Position numbers and translations under genes: made by a program. The notes beneath the pieces were generated by a model. The model saw nothing but the letters and a program-made list of their open reading frames with translations, did no database searches and had not been told where the DNA came from. From Callorhinchus milii (Eukaryota), in the NCBI RefSeq assembly GCF_018977255.1, contig NW_024704743.1:25112001-25176000 (forward strand): a DNA stretch of 64,000 bases, read 5' to 3'. This document shows positions 1 through 13,932 of this stretch, in pieces. Every line of letters starts with the position of its first letter. The first letter of the stretch is position 1.

Positions 1-1454
1 TCACTTCAATCCACGACTGTTTGTGGGACACTGTTGTGCGCAATTGGCTGCCTCGTTACGCCCACAAATATACAGTCAATTCACTTTAAAGTATATTCTG
101 TGAAGCGCTTTGAGGCATCTCAAAGACGTGAAAAAGCACTACATCAAATGCAAGGATTATTATTATTTTCCAACACTCCACAGCAGTGTCGTCATAGAAT
201 GAGAGCTCGAAATCCAACTCGGTGTTTGAACCAACAAACTACCCGACTCAGAGGCGAGATGAAAGTGCTCTGATTGAGCCATTCTGAATTAGTGAAGTGG
301 AAGTGCTGAACAGAAAAGATTTACCACAATTGTATGTGCAGCCTTTGTACATGTTAGGCACCAAATGCAGGAGTTAATTAGTGAGCAACGCCGCAAAATT
401 TGTGAGGCGCTGTGCCATAAAGCAAAATGTCTTTCCACATAATTGTATAAGAAACGCAATACGTGTCACGTATGTGGCTGGTATACATATCTCCCTCTGT
501 GGTTCCACTTCCGATATTACCTGTAGTAAACCACTCCTGCCGGTGTGAAGTTTGACACTGTAGAAAACCACTGTTTATTGATGCAAAAACCATGAACTGC
601 CTCTTATTTGAGAAAGCCTGGGTTCCTTAAAATGGAACGTTTCTTCTCGTCGGCTGTGTGGGTGAAGCTTCCCTAGATGCATTTCAATAAGGAAGTTTGC
701 TCCGGTTTTGAATTCGTCACCAAAAGTATTTGAGTGAAATTACTGCCAAAACCTGCCTCCCTTTGAGCTGCAAACAACACCACAAATCTGTTGTACACTC
801 AGAGTAATGTCCTGCAGTTCTTGGGGGGAAATGACCACTGCGAGTCTTCTATCTTTAACCAAATTACAGATACTAACATTTGTTACAGGTACTAAGGCTT
901 TAACAGTGCAGGAAAGAGGCCCCTTAACCATAAAGCCGTAGAGCTTCCTCTCTTTCCCCCAAAAAGTGCAAGTGGGTGAGTGCAGGGGGTTGAGAATTGG
1001 CTAATTTAAACTTGTTAACAAATCATTCAGAAGTGTTTATTTTAAACGTCTATTTTTTTAAAAAAATTGGCAACATTTGTAAGTGGATTGAGTGTGTGTG
1101 TGCGTATGTGCTACACCTTGTTACAGAATAATATCAATTCTTGCATTTCATATATCACATCAAAACATCAAATTGCTTCACAGTAATTACTGTCAAGTGC
1201 AGTGACATTGTGTTTGTTGAATGCGACAGCCAATTGGCACTCATCAATGTCCCCAAAACAGCCAGGAGGTGGATGACCAATTTAACTGAGGATTAGTGGC
1301 TGGGATACCAGGAGAGACTCCCTTTTTCTTGCGTTGCAGGTTATCTTGAACAGGCAAACAAGACCACAATTTAATGCCTCTCCAACAATGTTATGCTCTC
1401 CAATACTACAGTATCAGCCATGAGTTCAAAGTCCCCAACACAAGACTTGAACCC

Positions 1455-1925
1455 ACAACAACAACAAGATTACATTTGTATCGCGCCTTTCACGTCGGGA
1501 GGACGTCCCAAGGCGCTGGACAGAGTACAGCATTTCAGACCCGAGCTGGGGTTGGGGAGGTAAGGGAGGGAAGGGGAAGGGGGGTGGCCGATGGCATGGT
1601 CGAAGGGGAAGGTCTTGAGATGGGAGTTGAAGGAGGCTAAGGAGTGGTCGAGGCGGAGTGACTGGTAGATGGAATTCCAGAGGTTGGGGTTAGAGTGACA
1701 GCCTGTGGAGGGAGGAGTTGGGAAGGCGACAAGTAGGGCGTTTGCTTAGTCGAGGCTGGAGGTGATGAAGGCATGAACAAAAGTTTCAGCGACCTGAAGG
1801 GTGAGGTAGTGGCAGAGTCAGGCAATGTTATGGAGGTGAGGGAAGGCAGAGCAGGTCATGGCTTGAATGTGGGGGAGAAAAGATAGTTGAGGGTCGAATA
1901 AGACACCCAGGTTCCTGACGGACTA
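1455..1925 (-). mobile_element. L2 3' fragment with an internal deletion
   Basis: (CAA)n followed by cgcgcctttcacgtcgggaggacgtcccaaggcgctg (tail reverse complement) and ORF2-like sequence. Confidence 0.85.
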
Positions 1926-1992
1926 AGGTGCGAGAGGCTTAACAATTGAACCAGTCTGATTTCTGATAGAAGTCTGAAAACCACCTCAGTGA

Positions 1993-2810
1993 TCATAATA
2001 ATGATCCTTGCATTTGATATAGCAACTTGTTATGTATTTGAGACGTCTCAGTGTTTCACAGAATATACTGTACAACAACAACAACAACAACAACAAGATT
2101 CCATTTATAAAGCGCCTTTCACGTCAGGAGGACGTCCCAAGGCGCTGCACAGTTGGGTCATGACCCGAGCAGGGGGGAAATGGTCAGGGTGAGGGGAGGG
2201 AAGGGAGGGAGCGAGGAGGGGCGAAATGGTCAGGGTGAGGGGAGGGAAGGGAGGGAGCGAGGAGGGGGAAGAGAGTCGAGAGGGGAGCTGAAGGCTCGGT
2301 CAAAGAGAAAGGTTTTGAGACCGGCCTTGAAGGAGGAAAGGGAGGAAGCGGCGAAGGCACTGGGGGATGGAGTTCCAGAACCTGGGGGCTGAGAGGCTGA
2401 AGGCCCGACCACCGATGGTAGGGCGGTTGGGGCGGGGGACGTGGAGCAGACCAGAGCCAGAGGAACGGAGGGTACGGGCAGGTAGGTAGGGGGATAGTAG
2501 GTTGGAGAGGTAGGAGGGTGCAAGGCCGTGAATGGCCTTCTGTAATACTGTAAAGTGAATTGACTATATTTTGAGGGCGAGATGCAGCAGCCAATTGCTC
2601 ACAGCAGTGTCCGGCAAATATTCGTGGATTCAGTGACCAATTTATATTTTCTTCAAAATATTTTGAAGGGATTATTACCCCTGGAAACCTTACCAGCCAA
2701 TTGACTAACAGCCAGGTTCTTACTCACTGCTAGGTAAACAGAGGCGTGTGCAGTAAGGAAACACCTAACATTTCGCCCGCCGGGAATCAAACCCAGATCC
2801 TCTCACTTGC
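1993..2810 (-). mobile_element. Older tRNA SINE split by the L2 insertion
   Basis: Tail at 1993-2072 and body/head at 2545-2810. Confidence 0.82.
2073..2544 (-). mobile_element. Young L2 3' fragment inserted into a SINE
   Basis: Nearly identical to 49860-50274 (KAGLKTFLFDRAFSSPLDSLPPPRSLPSLPS), with a (CAA)n tail and flanked by a duplicated ATACTGTA. Confidence 0.92.
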
Positions 2811-3891
2811 AATAATTTAAATAGCAGGTGTACGAAATTGTTGTAGCACTGTACACTTGACTGAGTTGTATTCTTAGGTTTCCTCCTGTTGGAGAATGTG
2901 TACCTGGAAGTGTGATGAGTGATTTGAGGCATTGGCTCAGTGCAGCCTGATGCTGTTTCTATTCACAGAATCGCTTCAAGCTTTTTGAGACATTTTGTAC
3001 CCTCAAAAGAGCCTCTGATGGACTCTTCCAGTGCTGGTGGCAACCCTCCAAACTCTCATTCATGGAGCTGCTCTACATGCTCAAGCCAAGACTACAGCCT
3101 GAGCCTGTGTCTACATGCAGTGTATATGCTTGCATTTTTTCTAGTGGTTGGTGATGAGGAATGAATGAAAACACTGACTGTTGTCCCTCTCCCCCCCACA
3201 TAATCCCCAGCTCTGAGTGTTTGGTTTGTTTATGCCATCGAGTCAAAAAATGTGCATTGTATGGACGCTGGTATTGGGCAACTGACCAGCTTCAAGTCTG
3301 GAAACTACTTATAATAATAATTAGTATAATAGTAATCGTTACATTTGGCATAGCGCATTTCATGTTGGAAGGATGACCTAAAGCCCTTCACAGGATTTAC
3401 TACAACAACAATTTGCAGGATTTACTGTAAAGGGCAGTGCTGGTGTGTTTTGTGGACGAACATGGCAGCCAATTTGCACGTAGCAATGTCCCACAGCCAG
3501 CGATGAAGCGAACCACCAATTTTATTTGTGGGATTGTTGGCGAGGACACCAGGAGAAACTCCCTGCTTTTTTCAAAGTATGCCATGGGATTTTTAATGTC
3601 CACTTTGTGCCATTGCACTCTGAAATCTATTGACATTTCGGATGTTATTGAATAAACACTTAGTTTACACCAGGGACCTGTTTGCTGCTAACAAATGGGC
3701 CGAGTGTTTGAGTCTGCAGTTTGCTGTTGACGGGAACTTTTTTAACTTCCAATTTTGAGGGTATGTCTGAGCAGCTGCCATAAACGATTTCTGAGGTTTT
3801 AACAGTGGCAGTATTAGCAGCATGGTGGAAATGTGGATGCTTCTCTTCAATAGCTTTCAGACATTTCATGCGTATATTTCACAAGAAATTT

Positions 3892-4208
3892 GTGGAGTCC
3901 TGTAATGTATTGGTTAGAGCACTCATCTCACAAGTGAGAGGACCTGGTTTTGATTCCGGGACAGGGCGAAACATTAGGCAAGTTCCGTTACTCCATATGC
4001 CTCTGTTTGCCTAAAAGTAAGTAGAAACCCGGTTGTTAGTTGATTGACGGATCGCTTTTCCAGAGGTAATAATACCTTAAAAAAAATTTGATCACTCAAT
4101 GCTCGACTGTTTGAGGGACACTGCGGTGCACAATTGGCTGCCATGTTTTGTCCACAAATGTAGTCAATTCACTTTACAGTATATTCTCTGCAAGGATTAT
4201 TTATTATT
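3892..4208 (+). mobile_element. Older tRNA SINE
   Basis: gtggagtcctgta...ctcacaagtgagagg head, cctctgtttgcctaaaagtaagtag central segment and Deu-like body. Confidence 0.85.
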
Positions 4209-6469
4209 TCACAGCACCAAACAATGGAGGATTTGTGACATGAAATGAAAACAGACCGATTTATAGAGTATTGATTGGGTCTTAGTTCTGGTACCCAACA
4301 TATTACACTTTAAAACAAAAGTATTCTTTACCCCTCATGGTATAAAGTGTGTAAATTATTTTCATTTGTCCTTGACTTTCCTTGTGCCAAGTGATGCTGC
4401 ATCCTGGAGATGGCATGCAGCTGCCTCTGTCACTCTTGTTTCAGCTGCCAGGAGTTACACGAGACCAGTTTGAGTGACTCCAATATTTATTTAATTTTCC
4501 TCTTCCCTTCCTCCCCATGGAGGAAATGCCGGGCCTCCACTTGGCACAGCTCTTCCCAAGTCTGCATACAAACAAACCTAGAGAAACCTTGGTCCGTTGA
4601 TGTATTTTAAAGTGGGCTGCAGATCTCTGGTAGCAGTCAGATTTAATATCAGCTCTATATTTCTTAATAAAGCCACCGAGGGCCTGAGCAATGCATGTTG
4701 GTTTGTTTTGGAAATGTTACTAATTAGAAGATGCTTAAGACTTAAACTTAGAGCCATGAATATCTTACATTGATTTGATGAATATTGTATGGGAAGTGGC
4801 GAAGGGAGTTTAGATTGTTTATTCTGTGTGGATTCAGCAAAGTTGGTGGGCCAGTGGTGCAGTAATGTACATTTCCAGGTTCCAGTCCGCCTTGCTCTCC
4901 CCTTTGTACGTGACCCCTAGAACAGGGTGCGGGATATATATTATCTAATTAACAAGGCAATTCGAATCGCCCAAATCATTTTAGAAAAGCATTTTAAGAA
5001 AAAAGATTTTTTTTAAAAAAATTAAGAAAGCTCGCTGCATTGAAAAGAAAAAAGGAAAGTAATTTGAAATAAAATGATATTCATTTGATTCAGCACCTTT
5101 CATGTCAGGAGGACATCTCAAAGCTCTTCACAGGATTTTTATGTGGATTGTAGTGACTGTATTTTGTAGGCAAAAGTCTAATATTTGTTGTATTTGTGGC
5201 AATGGGTGTTTGCATTTGGAAATCATTACCTTTCTCAATCTTCTTCTTCCCCAGTGGAAAATTTGTCCCTTGCTGGTGTCCTTTATTGCAGGCTTAGACT
5301 TTCACACAAGTATAATGATAACAATAATAATAATAATCCGTGCACATGATATAGCGCCTTATCATGTCGTTGAGCTATCTCATGTCGCTTCACGCAATAT
5401 AATGTAAAGTGAATTGACTGTATTTTGTGGGGTCAGTAGATGGAAAGAAAACAAATTGCCGGGATATGTCCGGTGCTGCAACCGTGGATATTATGCAGCC
5501 TTGTATTAAATTTTCTGGCGTTGCCAGCAGCCTAACTGTGACACATACTTTATTTACAAGCAAAATTAGTTTTACAGATTGGTCCAAAATTTCACCAATT
5601 TCTTTTGTCACTTTGAATGATTTATGTTAAGTGAAGTTGAGTGATGTGAGTGATTTTCTGTAGCATAGTGATTAGAGGATCTGTGTTTGATTCCTGGCTA
5701 AGGTGAAACCTTAGGCAAGCTTCCTTATTCCATACACACATATCTCTGTTTACCTAACAGTAAGTAGGAACCCGGTTGTTAGTCGATTGGCAGATCGCAT
5801 TTCCGGGGTTAATAATCCCTCCTGAAAAAATAGTGGAAATAAATGTTAAGTTTTTTTTAAAAAATTAAAACGGAGAATAGCATTAAACAGAAAGTGTTGC
5901 AACAAGGGCATATAGCTTCATGTCTTTTGTTGTCCATTTCTAAAAGAGCACATTTAGTCTCAGAAAAGACAATATTTATGGGATTGATTGGATGTGAAAG
6001 ATATTATTTAAATGCAAGTTGTTGTGTATAAGGAGGACAGATCTTTGCTTAACAAACAAATTGGAATTCACTTGGAACGTTTGTTTATGAATGCAGTAAG
6101 CAACATATAATCTTTTTAAATGTTTAGTATTAGTGTTGCATACAAATTTTCCATTGTGTAATTAGTTTACATTGTTGGTAATTGATGTTGAAATAAACCA
6201 CTGTTGAGAATCACCCACTTTCTCCTCCCTCAGGAAGAATTCTATTTTGTGGTTTGGCTGAGTTTTTGCTCCTTATTCTGATTTCTCCATACTGACTTGA
6301 GGATTTATTTCCGTGGTAGCTTTGGGTGAAGGAACATTAAGATGAGAGGTTTTAGAAGAGCGTCTTCTCCTAAGAGGGTTGTCGGGAAATGCAATGATTT
6401 GCCAGGGGGTGGTTTTCAGAGCTGAACTGGCTCCAAGGTGACATATTTGGCAACAGAATGTCAGAATCG

Positions 6470-6705
6470 AGCCAGCCCTCTGTGGTGGTCTCAATAGTCC
6501 AGTTCCTGAGCCAGGCGGGTCAGTTGCATTCCAGGGCACGGCTGATGACAGCATAGCCAACCTGGCTCATCGACATTACTTGGGAGGGCAGACCAGTCAT
6601 TAGGGGTAGGGAAACATCTCATTCAGCTCCTGTTGACCCTGCAAGCCAAAGCCCTAAAGGGTAGGGTGGTCTAGCTGAACAAGCAGCGGGAAAGCTTGCC
6701 AGACA
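6470..6705 (+). mobile_element. LF-SINE-like ancient repeat
   Basis: tggtggtctcaatagtccagttcctg and gcagcgggaaagcttgcc resemble recalled LF-SINE body motifs; related copies lie at 9.6-10.0, 43.6-43.9 and 60.5-60.8 kb. Confidence 0.45.
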
Positions 6706-7721
6706 GAAGAGGTACGGGGAAAGAATTGGAATTAGGAGAGAGCAAAATAGTGGGCTGAATAGCTTGCTACCGGTGTTGTACATTTGTATGGTTCTATGAT
6801 GAGTATTCACATGCTTTTCGTGGAAAGAATTCTCAGGTACAGTTCCATTTTTGTTTCTTTAGCTCTGCTATTCTATTTGGCGGCACTATAATTGGTCATA
6901 AATAAAATCAAAATTGAATCCTGCCAGTTAACAAAGGCTTGTTCTCAAGTAACTATTCTGAAAGAATAACTAGGTTTGCAATTCTTTGTAATTAAAGCTA
7001 TTGCTAATTTTGTTTGCTACAGATTGCTGTAATTGCTACAGTGATAGAGATGGCACAAAAAAATGGTGAAAGAAAAACTACAAATTGAGATGTCCAGACA
7101 CTATTTTCGACAATTTATTTGGTTTTTCATAATCCCTTTAGTTTTCTCCCTTCTCTTCGGAAGGTATATTTCCGTCCACTGTGCAATTTCACACGGATTC
7201 CCTTTGACATCTCTCCCAAGTGGCCATTATTCATGTGTTAGCCTTGACTGTGAGGAGCAGCTCGCTATTCGAGTGGGGTGGACGAGAGGCAGTCAAATCT
7301 GCGCAATTCAGTGTCGCATTTCGCCCACAAAATATATAGTCACTACACTTTACAGTATATTCTGTAAAGCGCTTGGAGATGTCTGGAGAACGTGATTAGG
7401 CGCTATATCATTTGAAAGGATTATTATATTATATATGATTACGTAATAAAAAAAACTGTCTTCTAGCTTTTACAAGCACCTGCACATCCCACCAGAGTCT
7501 CTAATAATAATTTGCAGTGAAGCCTTGAATGATTTTCCCCTTTCTAGCCCAAGGTATTTCTCTAGCACCAAATTGCTTCCCTTGCTCAGATCTGCAACCT
7601 TCCTGTCTGTATGACCTTGTGCTGCAAAACCTGATACATTTACCTATTAGGCTAGGAATTACAGGACTGCTAACACTTCCCTGAACAATAAGACCAAATT
7701 GCATTCATCTAGTGTTTTTCA

Positions 7722-8430
7722 CAACTGGAGGACATCCCGAATCGAGGGTTTGAATTCCGATGGAATGAGGCCAAGGTGGGTTGGGATTGGAAAGATGACC
7801 GAAAGCACGGTGAAAGAGAAAGGTCTTGAGATGGACCTTGAAGGAGGTGAGGGAAGAGGCAAGTCATAGGGACTCTGGGATGAAATTCCAGAGAGTGGGG
7901 GCAGAAAGGGTGAAAGCCCGACCGCTGATGGTGGGGGTGGCAGGATGGGGGTGGTGAAGCAAGTCAGTGCATGTGGAGCAGAGAGTAAGGGCTGGTTGGT
8001 ATGGTTTAGATGTGATAAAAGCATGGGTAAGGGTCTCGGTGACCTGAGGGGAGAGATAGTGTCAGAGACCCGCAATGTTACGGAGGTGGAGAGAGCTGAA
8101 CGGAGCAAGGCACAGATGTGGGGTTTAAAGGACAGTTGAGAGTGAAACAAGACACTACACTTGCTCCCTGAGGCGGAGTGTACATCCATGCATGTTAAAG
8201 CTGTTAGCATCTGAGGTGTGGAGGAGCTGATGGGAGCTACGCAGGTGAGCCTCTCTCTTGTTGACATTCAACTGGAGAAATTTAGCTCTCCATCCTGGAC
8301 TTGATGTCCGACAAGCAATCGGTCAGGACAGCAGTGGTACTGAAATCAAGGGTAGAAGCAGAGACAAAGAGTTGGTTGTCATCTACATAGAAGTGGAAGT
8401 TAACCTCATATCTGCGGGTGACATCGCTGA
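7722..8430 (-). mobile_element. Degenerate L2 3' fragment
   Basis: The reverse complement resembles the L2 ORF2 C-terminus and has a ggatgtcctcc tail remnant. Confidence 0.75.
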
Positions 8431-10204
8431 AATGAAAATCTTTCAGTTCATTTTAGCAACTTAGGTTATTTATTCTTACATTACATTGTTTCTGGGTTTG
8501 CCTGCCATTGAGTCACCATTTTTTAAAAAAAATCTATGTTCAGGAAGAGGATGGGCAAGGAGAGGGAAATGCCAATGATGTTTGGTAAATTCACAATGCA
8601 ATGAATGGAATGTAAAGACATCAGTTCTGACGTATAGTAACGTTCCTTTCATTTGATAAAGCACTTTATCATGTCATCAGCGTGTGTCTCAAAATGCTTC
8701 TCAGGATTTTACCTGAAGTGCAGTGACTATGTATTTGTAGACAAATGCGGCAGACAATTTTGTGCAGAGCACTGTCCCATGAACAGGCATGAAGTGAAAG
8801 ACCAACTTTGTTTGAAGGATTGTTGCCCAAAATACTAGGAAAATTCCCTTCTCTTTTTGAACAGTGCCATGAGATCTTTAACGTTCTGAACAGCAGACGG
8901 GTCCTCAGCTTGAGTGTATCCTTAATTCAATCCCTTCTGTGACTACCGCTTTGATGTTGATGACATTTCCAGACTAATTTATCCAGTAAATTGAATTGCA
9001 TAAAAGATGAATTTGATATAATTTTTGAAATAGGACCTGTCGATTCCCTTTCCGACTAGCTGGCAATGGTCGTCGTTCATTAAGCATAAGAGTTCTATAA
9101 TCTCTTCAAAAAACAAGTGCAATAGTGAGCATTACACAATATTCAGTGGGAGCTCCCTGCCTTCTGGTTAGTGTGCACTCCCTGTACTGTATAATCGAAT
9201 CTGCTTTTTGCAGATTCCGGTATGTGCTAAAATAAACTACTTCCTTTTTGGTTAATTTTCTTTAAGGGAAGTGCTTTCTGCTACAAGCATGTTAACTTAT
9301 ATCCAGTCTATTGTCTTCACAGACTGTCTGATTGACTTTTTTCTGACAGGATTTTTCTTTACATGTATAAATAGATTATTACATTTGTTGGCTCCTTACT
9401 GACCTTACCCTACAACATTGTTCTGATACAGGACGCTAACTGAAGTTGGTCAATGGGCTATGATTGAAATAAGATTGCTATGTTTTCCTCTTTAAGGTGA
9501 CCGAGTTCCTTTGAGTGCAGTCAATTAGAATTGGCGGCCTATTGTCCAGTAATCATAAAATACATGTTTTATAAAAAGGAATAATTCGCTTTTTGTGAGA
9601 GTTTTTAGTTTTTTTGTTCAGCTGGGTTGCCCAATCCCAACATGTTGGCAATATACATGGAAATTGCAGAAATATGTTTTGGAATGAAATGCGCACTCGC
9701 TCCTTGGAGGGATGCATGCTGGCTTGCCTAATTCCGGGAACGTATTAGGTGCAGATTGGCAAAAGCTGAGTCTTGTGTATCCCAGAGTATGCGTTGGGGC
9801 ACTGCTTTAGTCTAACCTGCTAAAACTGCATAGCTTACCATATAAATTTCGCCCAAAAAATATACAATCAATTCACTTTACAGTATATTCTAGGAAGTGG
9901 TTTGAGACGTCTTGGAGATGTGACAAGGCACTATATTAAATGCAAGCATTATTATTATTGAGAGGACTGCCAGGCAAGCTTTCTCCCTGCTTGTCCAGCT
10001 AGTCCCACCCTACCTGTTAGAGCTTTATAATATCCTTGCATTTTTCCTGAATGTTTCCTTGTTGGAGCGATGGTGAAAGCAATTTTGATATTCTTCGACT
10101 TATTGATAGAAGCACCAGGCATCGAGGCATGTGTCCAGTTTTCCTTAATTTCTGTGAGAAATGATTGCTGGAACACTTATCTCGGTCTTGTGCCAAAGCA
10201 AAGC

Positions 10205-11413
10205 ATAGCAGTGGTCCTGAAGTCGAGGGTGGAGGCTGAGAGGTAGAGTTGGGTGTTATCCGCATACATGTGGAAGTTGACCCCATGTCTGCGGATGATG
10301 TCACCAAGAGGGAGCATATAGATATTGAAGAGGAGGGAATCAAGGACAGAGCCTGAGGAACGCCGCATGAGACAGTCCGGGGGCTGGAGAAGCCATTTGA
10401 GGAGATGAAGTGCAGGCGGTGTGAGAGGTACGATTTGATCCAATCAAGGACAGCGCCATTGAGGTGAGAGGAGAGGCGGTGGATGAGGATAGAGTGGTCA
10501 ACCGTGACGAAGGCAGCAGAGAGGTCAAGGAGGACGAGGAGGCAGAGGGAGCCCTGGTCGCAGATGGACAGAATGTCATTTGTCACTTTGACCGGGACTG
10601 TTTCTGTGCTGTGGGCGGCACGGAAACCCGATTGGAGGAGTTCGAGAACGGAGTGGTGGGAGAGGAAGGAGCAAAGCTGAGAAGCAACAACCCGTTCCGG
10701 GACCTTGGAGAGGAAGGGGAGGTTGGAGATGGGGCGGTGGTTAGGGAGTAGAGAAGGGTTTTTTAAGGATAGGAGTGATGACAGTTGTTTTTAAAAGGGT
10801 GCGAACAGTACCAGAGGGCAGGGAAAGGTTAACAATGTCAGTGCGTAAAGGGGCAAGGAGGTGGAGCGGGGAGGTAAGGAGGGTGGTAGGGATGGGGTCG
10901 AGGGAGCAGGTGGTGGGTTTCGCATGGGTTATGGTGGTGATGAGAGAGGAGGGGGAGACGGGTTCAAAGGTGTGGAGGGAGGGGGAGATGGGGAGGGGGT
11001 AGCAGTTGTAGTGGCAGAGGCAGCTGAGCGGATTCCCTTGACTTTGGATTCGAGGAAGTGCAGCATCGCCTCGCAATTGGCATTTGAGGTGAGGATGGGT
11101 GAGGCGTGAGAGGGTGGGCGGAGGAGTCGATTCATGATTGAGAAGCGGAGCCTGGGGTTGTTCTTAGCCTCCAAGATTGTCTTGGAGTAGAACGACGATT
11201 TAGTGGAGGCGAGGGCGGAGTGGTAGGATTTGACATGGTCCAGCCAAGTCTGCCGGTGGACAGTTAGGTTTGATTTAAGCCAAGTGCCCTCAACAGAATG
11301 CGCCCGGGCTTTAAGGGAGCGGAGGTGGCTGGTGTACCAAGGTGTTTTGCGTGAGTAGGAGACGGTTCGGGAAGAGAGGGGAGCGAGGGAATTGAAAGTG
11401 GAGGAGAGGGATT
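10205..11413 (-). mobile_element. L2 LINE internal fragment (RT region), truncated at both ends
   Basis: Minus-strand ORFs with [23 protein letters not shown] and [11 protein letters not shown]; no 3' tail present. Confidence 0.9.
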
Positions 11414-11869
11414 GATTTTAATATTTTAATAGTATTGATTTTAAGAAAATCCTGACATGTCACCAGTAGTTACGTATGATTTCATTTAATTTCCTGTAAT
11501 AGAAGAGCAGAGAATGTGGCTGAGGTTCTGATTCGAATAGATTTGGTTTTATTTCTAGCAAAATTTGAAAAAGAAATTGCTGTCTAATCTTGGGATCTTC
11601 AGTTAGATTAAAAAAAAAGCCTTGATTTTTTTTTCTTTTTTCTCCAACTCCTCCAATAACAATATGACTTGTTTTGGTGCAAAAGCATGTCCTTGTGGCG
11701 TACACACTGAGCTCATTGTTCTTATACCAACTGCTGAAGTCTGAGAAGAGGTGACTGCATCTTTAAAGCCAATTGTGTGTGTGTGTCTGTGTGTGTGTTT
11801 AATGCATCATGTGAGCAGGGGATTGAAATGGCCGGGTTATTCCCTTTGGACTTGTACTGCAAGGATATA

Positions 11870-11964
11870 CAGTAAAACTCACATAAGTTTGACGTAACTC
11901 ATACTTTACAGTAGTTATATTAAATATACGGTCCCAACTGATACGACTTATGCGTGGTTTACTG
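11870..11964. mobile_element. Tc1/mariner (pogo/Tigger-like) MITE
   Basis: TA|CAGTAAAACTCACATAAGT ... ACTTATGCGTGGTTTACTG|TA; 18/21 inverted match counting the flanking TA. Confidence 0.65.
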
Positions 11965-12427
11965 TAGTAACAGTCTGCGGCAACTTCAAATTGCTTGAAA
12001 TCTCTAGAATGCGCCTCTAATGTTATTGGGAATGCCCTCTCCTAACTGTGTGAGATTGGGATCCGCAGATCCCCCGACATGGTGTTTGTTTGTGGTGATT
12101 CTGAGCTTTCTTTGTTTTAATTGCAGTCACTGAAATACTGATTGAATGTAATGCTGTCCGTGTGATGTAATGTCCTGTGAGACAAAGAAGTTTCAGAAAA
12201 ATTTAAAAGTCTGTTGTGTTTTCCCCTAACAAAACCTGAAATTACCATGCAACCACTTTTTTCTATTGCTGCCCAAACTAATGTCTGCTCATTTCAGAAT
12301 CCAGCTAAGACATTTTCTGCTGCCCACCAAATCAAATATTACAATTAACATTTCCCGGAAAGAGAAAACTGTTTCCCATACTGTAGCACAGAAAATATGT
12401 TAAGGTTGAACAAGTTGGAAACAATGC

Positions 12428-12955
12428 AACAACAAGGTTACATTTGTATAGCGACTTTCATGTCGGGAGGACGTCCCAAGGCGCTGGACAGAGTACAGCA
12501 TTTCAGACCCGAGCTGGGGTCAGGGGGGGAGAAGGGAGGGGAAGAGGTGTGGCCGATGGCATGGTCGAAGAGGAGGGTCTTGTGGCGGGACTTGAAGGAG
12601 ACTAAGGAGGGGGCGAGGCGGAGTGATTGGGGAATGCAATTCCAGAGGTTGGGGGCAGAGTGGCTGAAGGCTCTCCCGCCAATGGTGGGGCAGGTGGGTT
12701 GGGGGACGTGGAGCAGGCCAAAGCCGGCTGAGCGGAAGGAGCGGTCGGGCTGGAAGGGGGTAGGAGGTTGCAGAGGTAGGGTGGGCGAGGCCATGGAGGG
12801 CTTTGTATATGAGGACCAGAGAACTGAATCCTCTGAAGGATAGGGAGCCAATGGAGTTGGGGGAGATGGGGTCACGGAGTTTGGTGCGGGAGAGGACACG
12901 GACTGCAGAGTTCTGGATTATCTGCAGCCTGTGGAGGGAGGAGTTGGGAAGGTCA
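12428..12955 (-). mobile_element. L2 3' fragment
   Basis: Minus ORF PTIGGRAFSHSAPNLWN...KTLLFD, the tail gggacgtcctcccgac and (CAA)n on the + strand. Confidence 0.9.
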
Positions 12956-13932
12956 ACAAGCAGTAAAAAAAAATTAAAAAAAGAAACCTACATTGATCCT
13001 ACATCAACTCCCCCCCACCCTCGGACTTGTTTCAGAACTTACTTAGAACTTAACCTCTTGGAAAGTTAATAATAATTCTTGCTTTTGTGTCATGTCTCAA
13101 TGCACATCACAATGTTTTCTGTGTGTGCAGCAACTGTGTATTTGTAGGCAAATGCAGCAGCCAATTTGCAAACAGCAATGTCCCAGAAACGGTAGCAAAA
13201 TGAATGACCAACTTTACCTGGAGGATTATTCACCTGGGTGCCAGGAGAAGCTTCCCTTTTTGAATAACGCCATGGAACATTTAACATTCATCTAAATAGG
13301 CAGATGGATCCTCAGTTCAATGTCTTATCTGAGTTTGGTACTGCCGTTAATGCAGCACTCTCCAAGCACTGCAATGAAATGTCAGTCTCAAAGTCCTGAG
13401 CCCACAATCCTATGAATTCTCGATGAGCCAGAGTAACATTTTAGTTTACACCTGTCCTTAGATACATTCATTGCTTCTTTCACCACAGCCCCCTCTAACC
13501 ATTGTGTGCTTGGGAGTTAAGCTGTATTTAACATTTACTTTAATCTTTAAATCTTCGGTTGAATTGAGGCTGCAGATGTTGGAACATAGTTTCTGAATCA
13601 ATTGAAGGATTGTCCTGTGCACAAAAGACATAGCACCAAACTGCAGATTGAGGCATTGATCAAAGTGCACATCTTAGAAGTTTAAGTAACTTGCTTTTGC
13701 TGGTAGGTTCCACAATGACCACAATTGTTTTTAATGAATTACAGAGTTGGCTCACATAACCCTAGAACTGGTGATTAAACTAAGAGCTGTTGTGTAAACA
13801 GCCAGCACCAGCAGAGCTACTGGTGTGTAGGGAGAGTGTTGAAACAATTATTTGTATTTTATACCTTGATTTAGTAACAATAATCCCTTGCATTTACTTA
13901 TCATCTTGTCATGCCATTATCATGTTGTTGAG

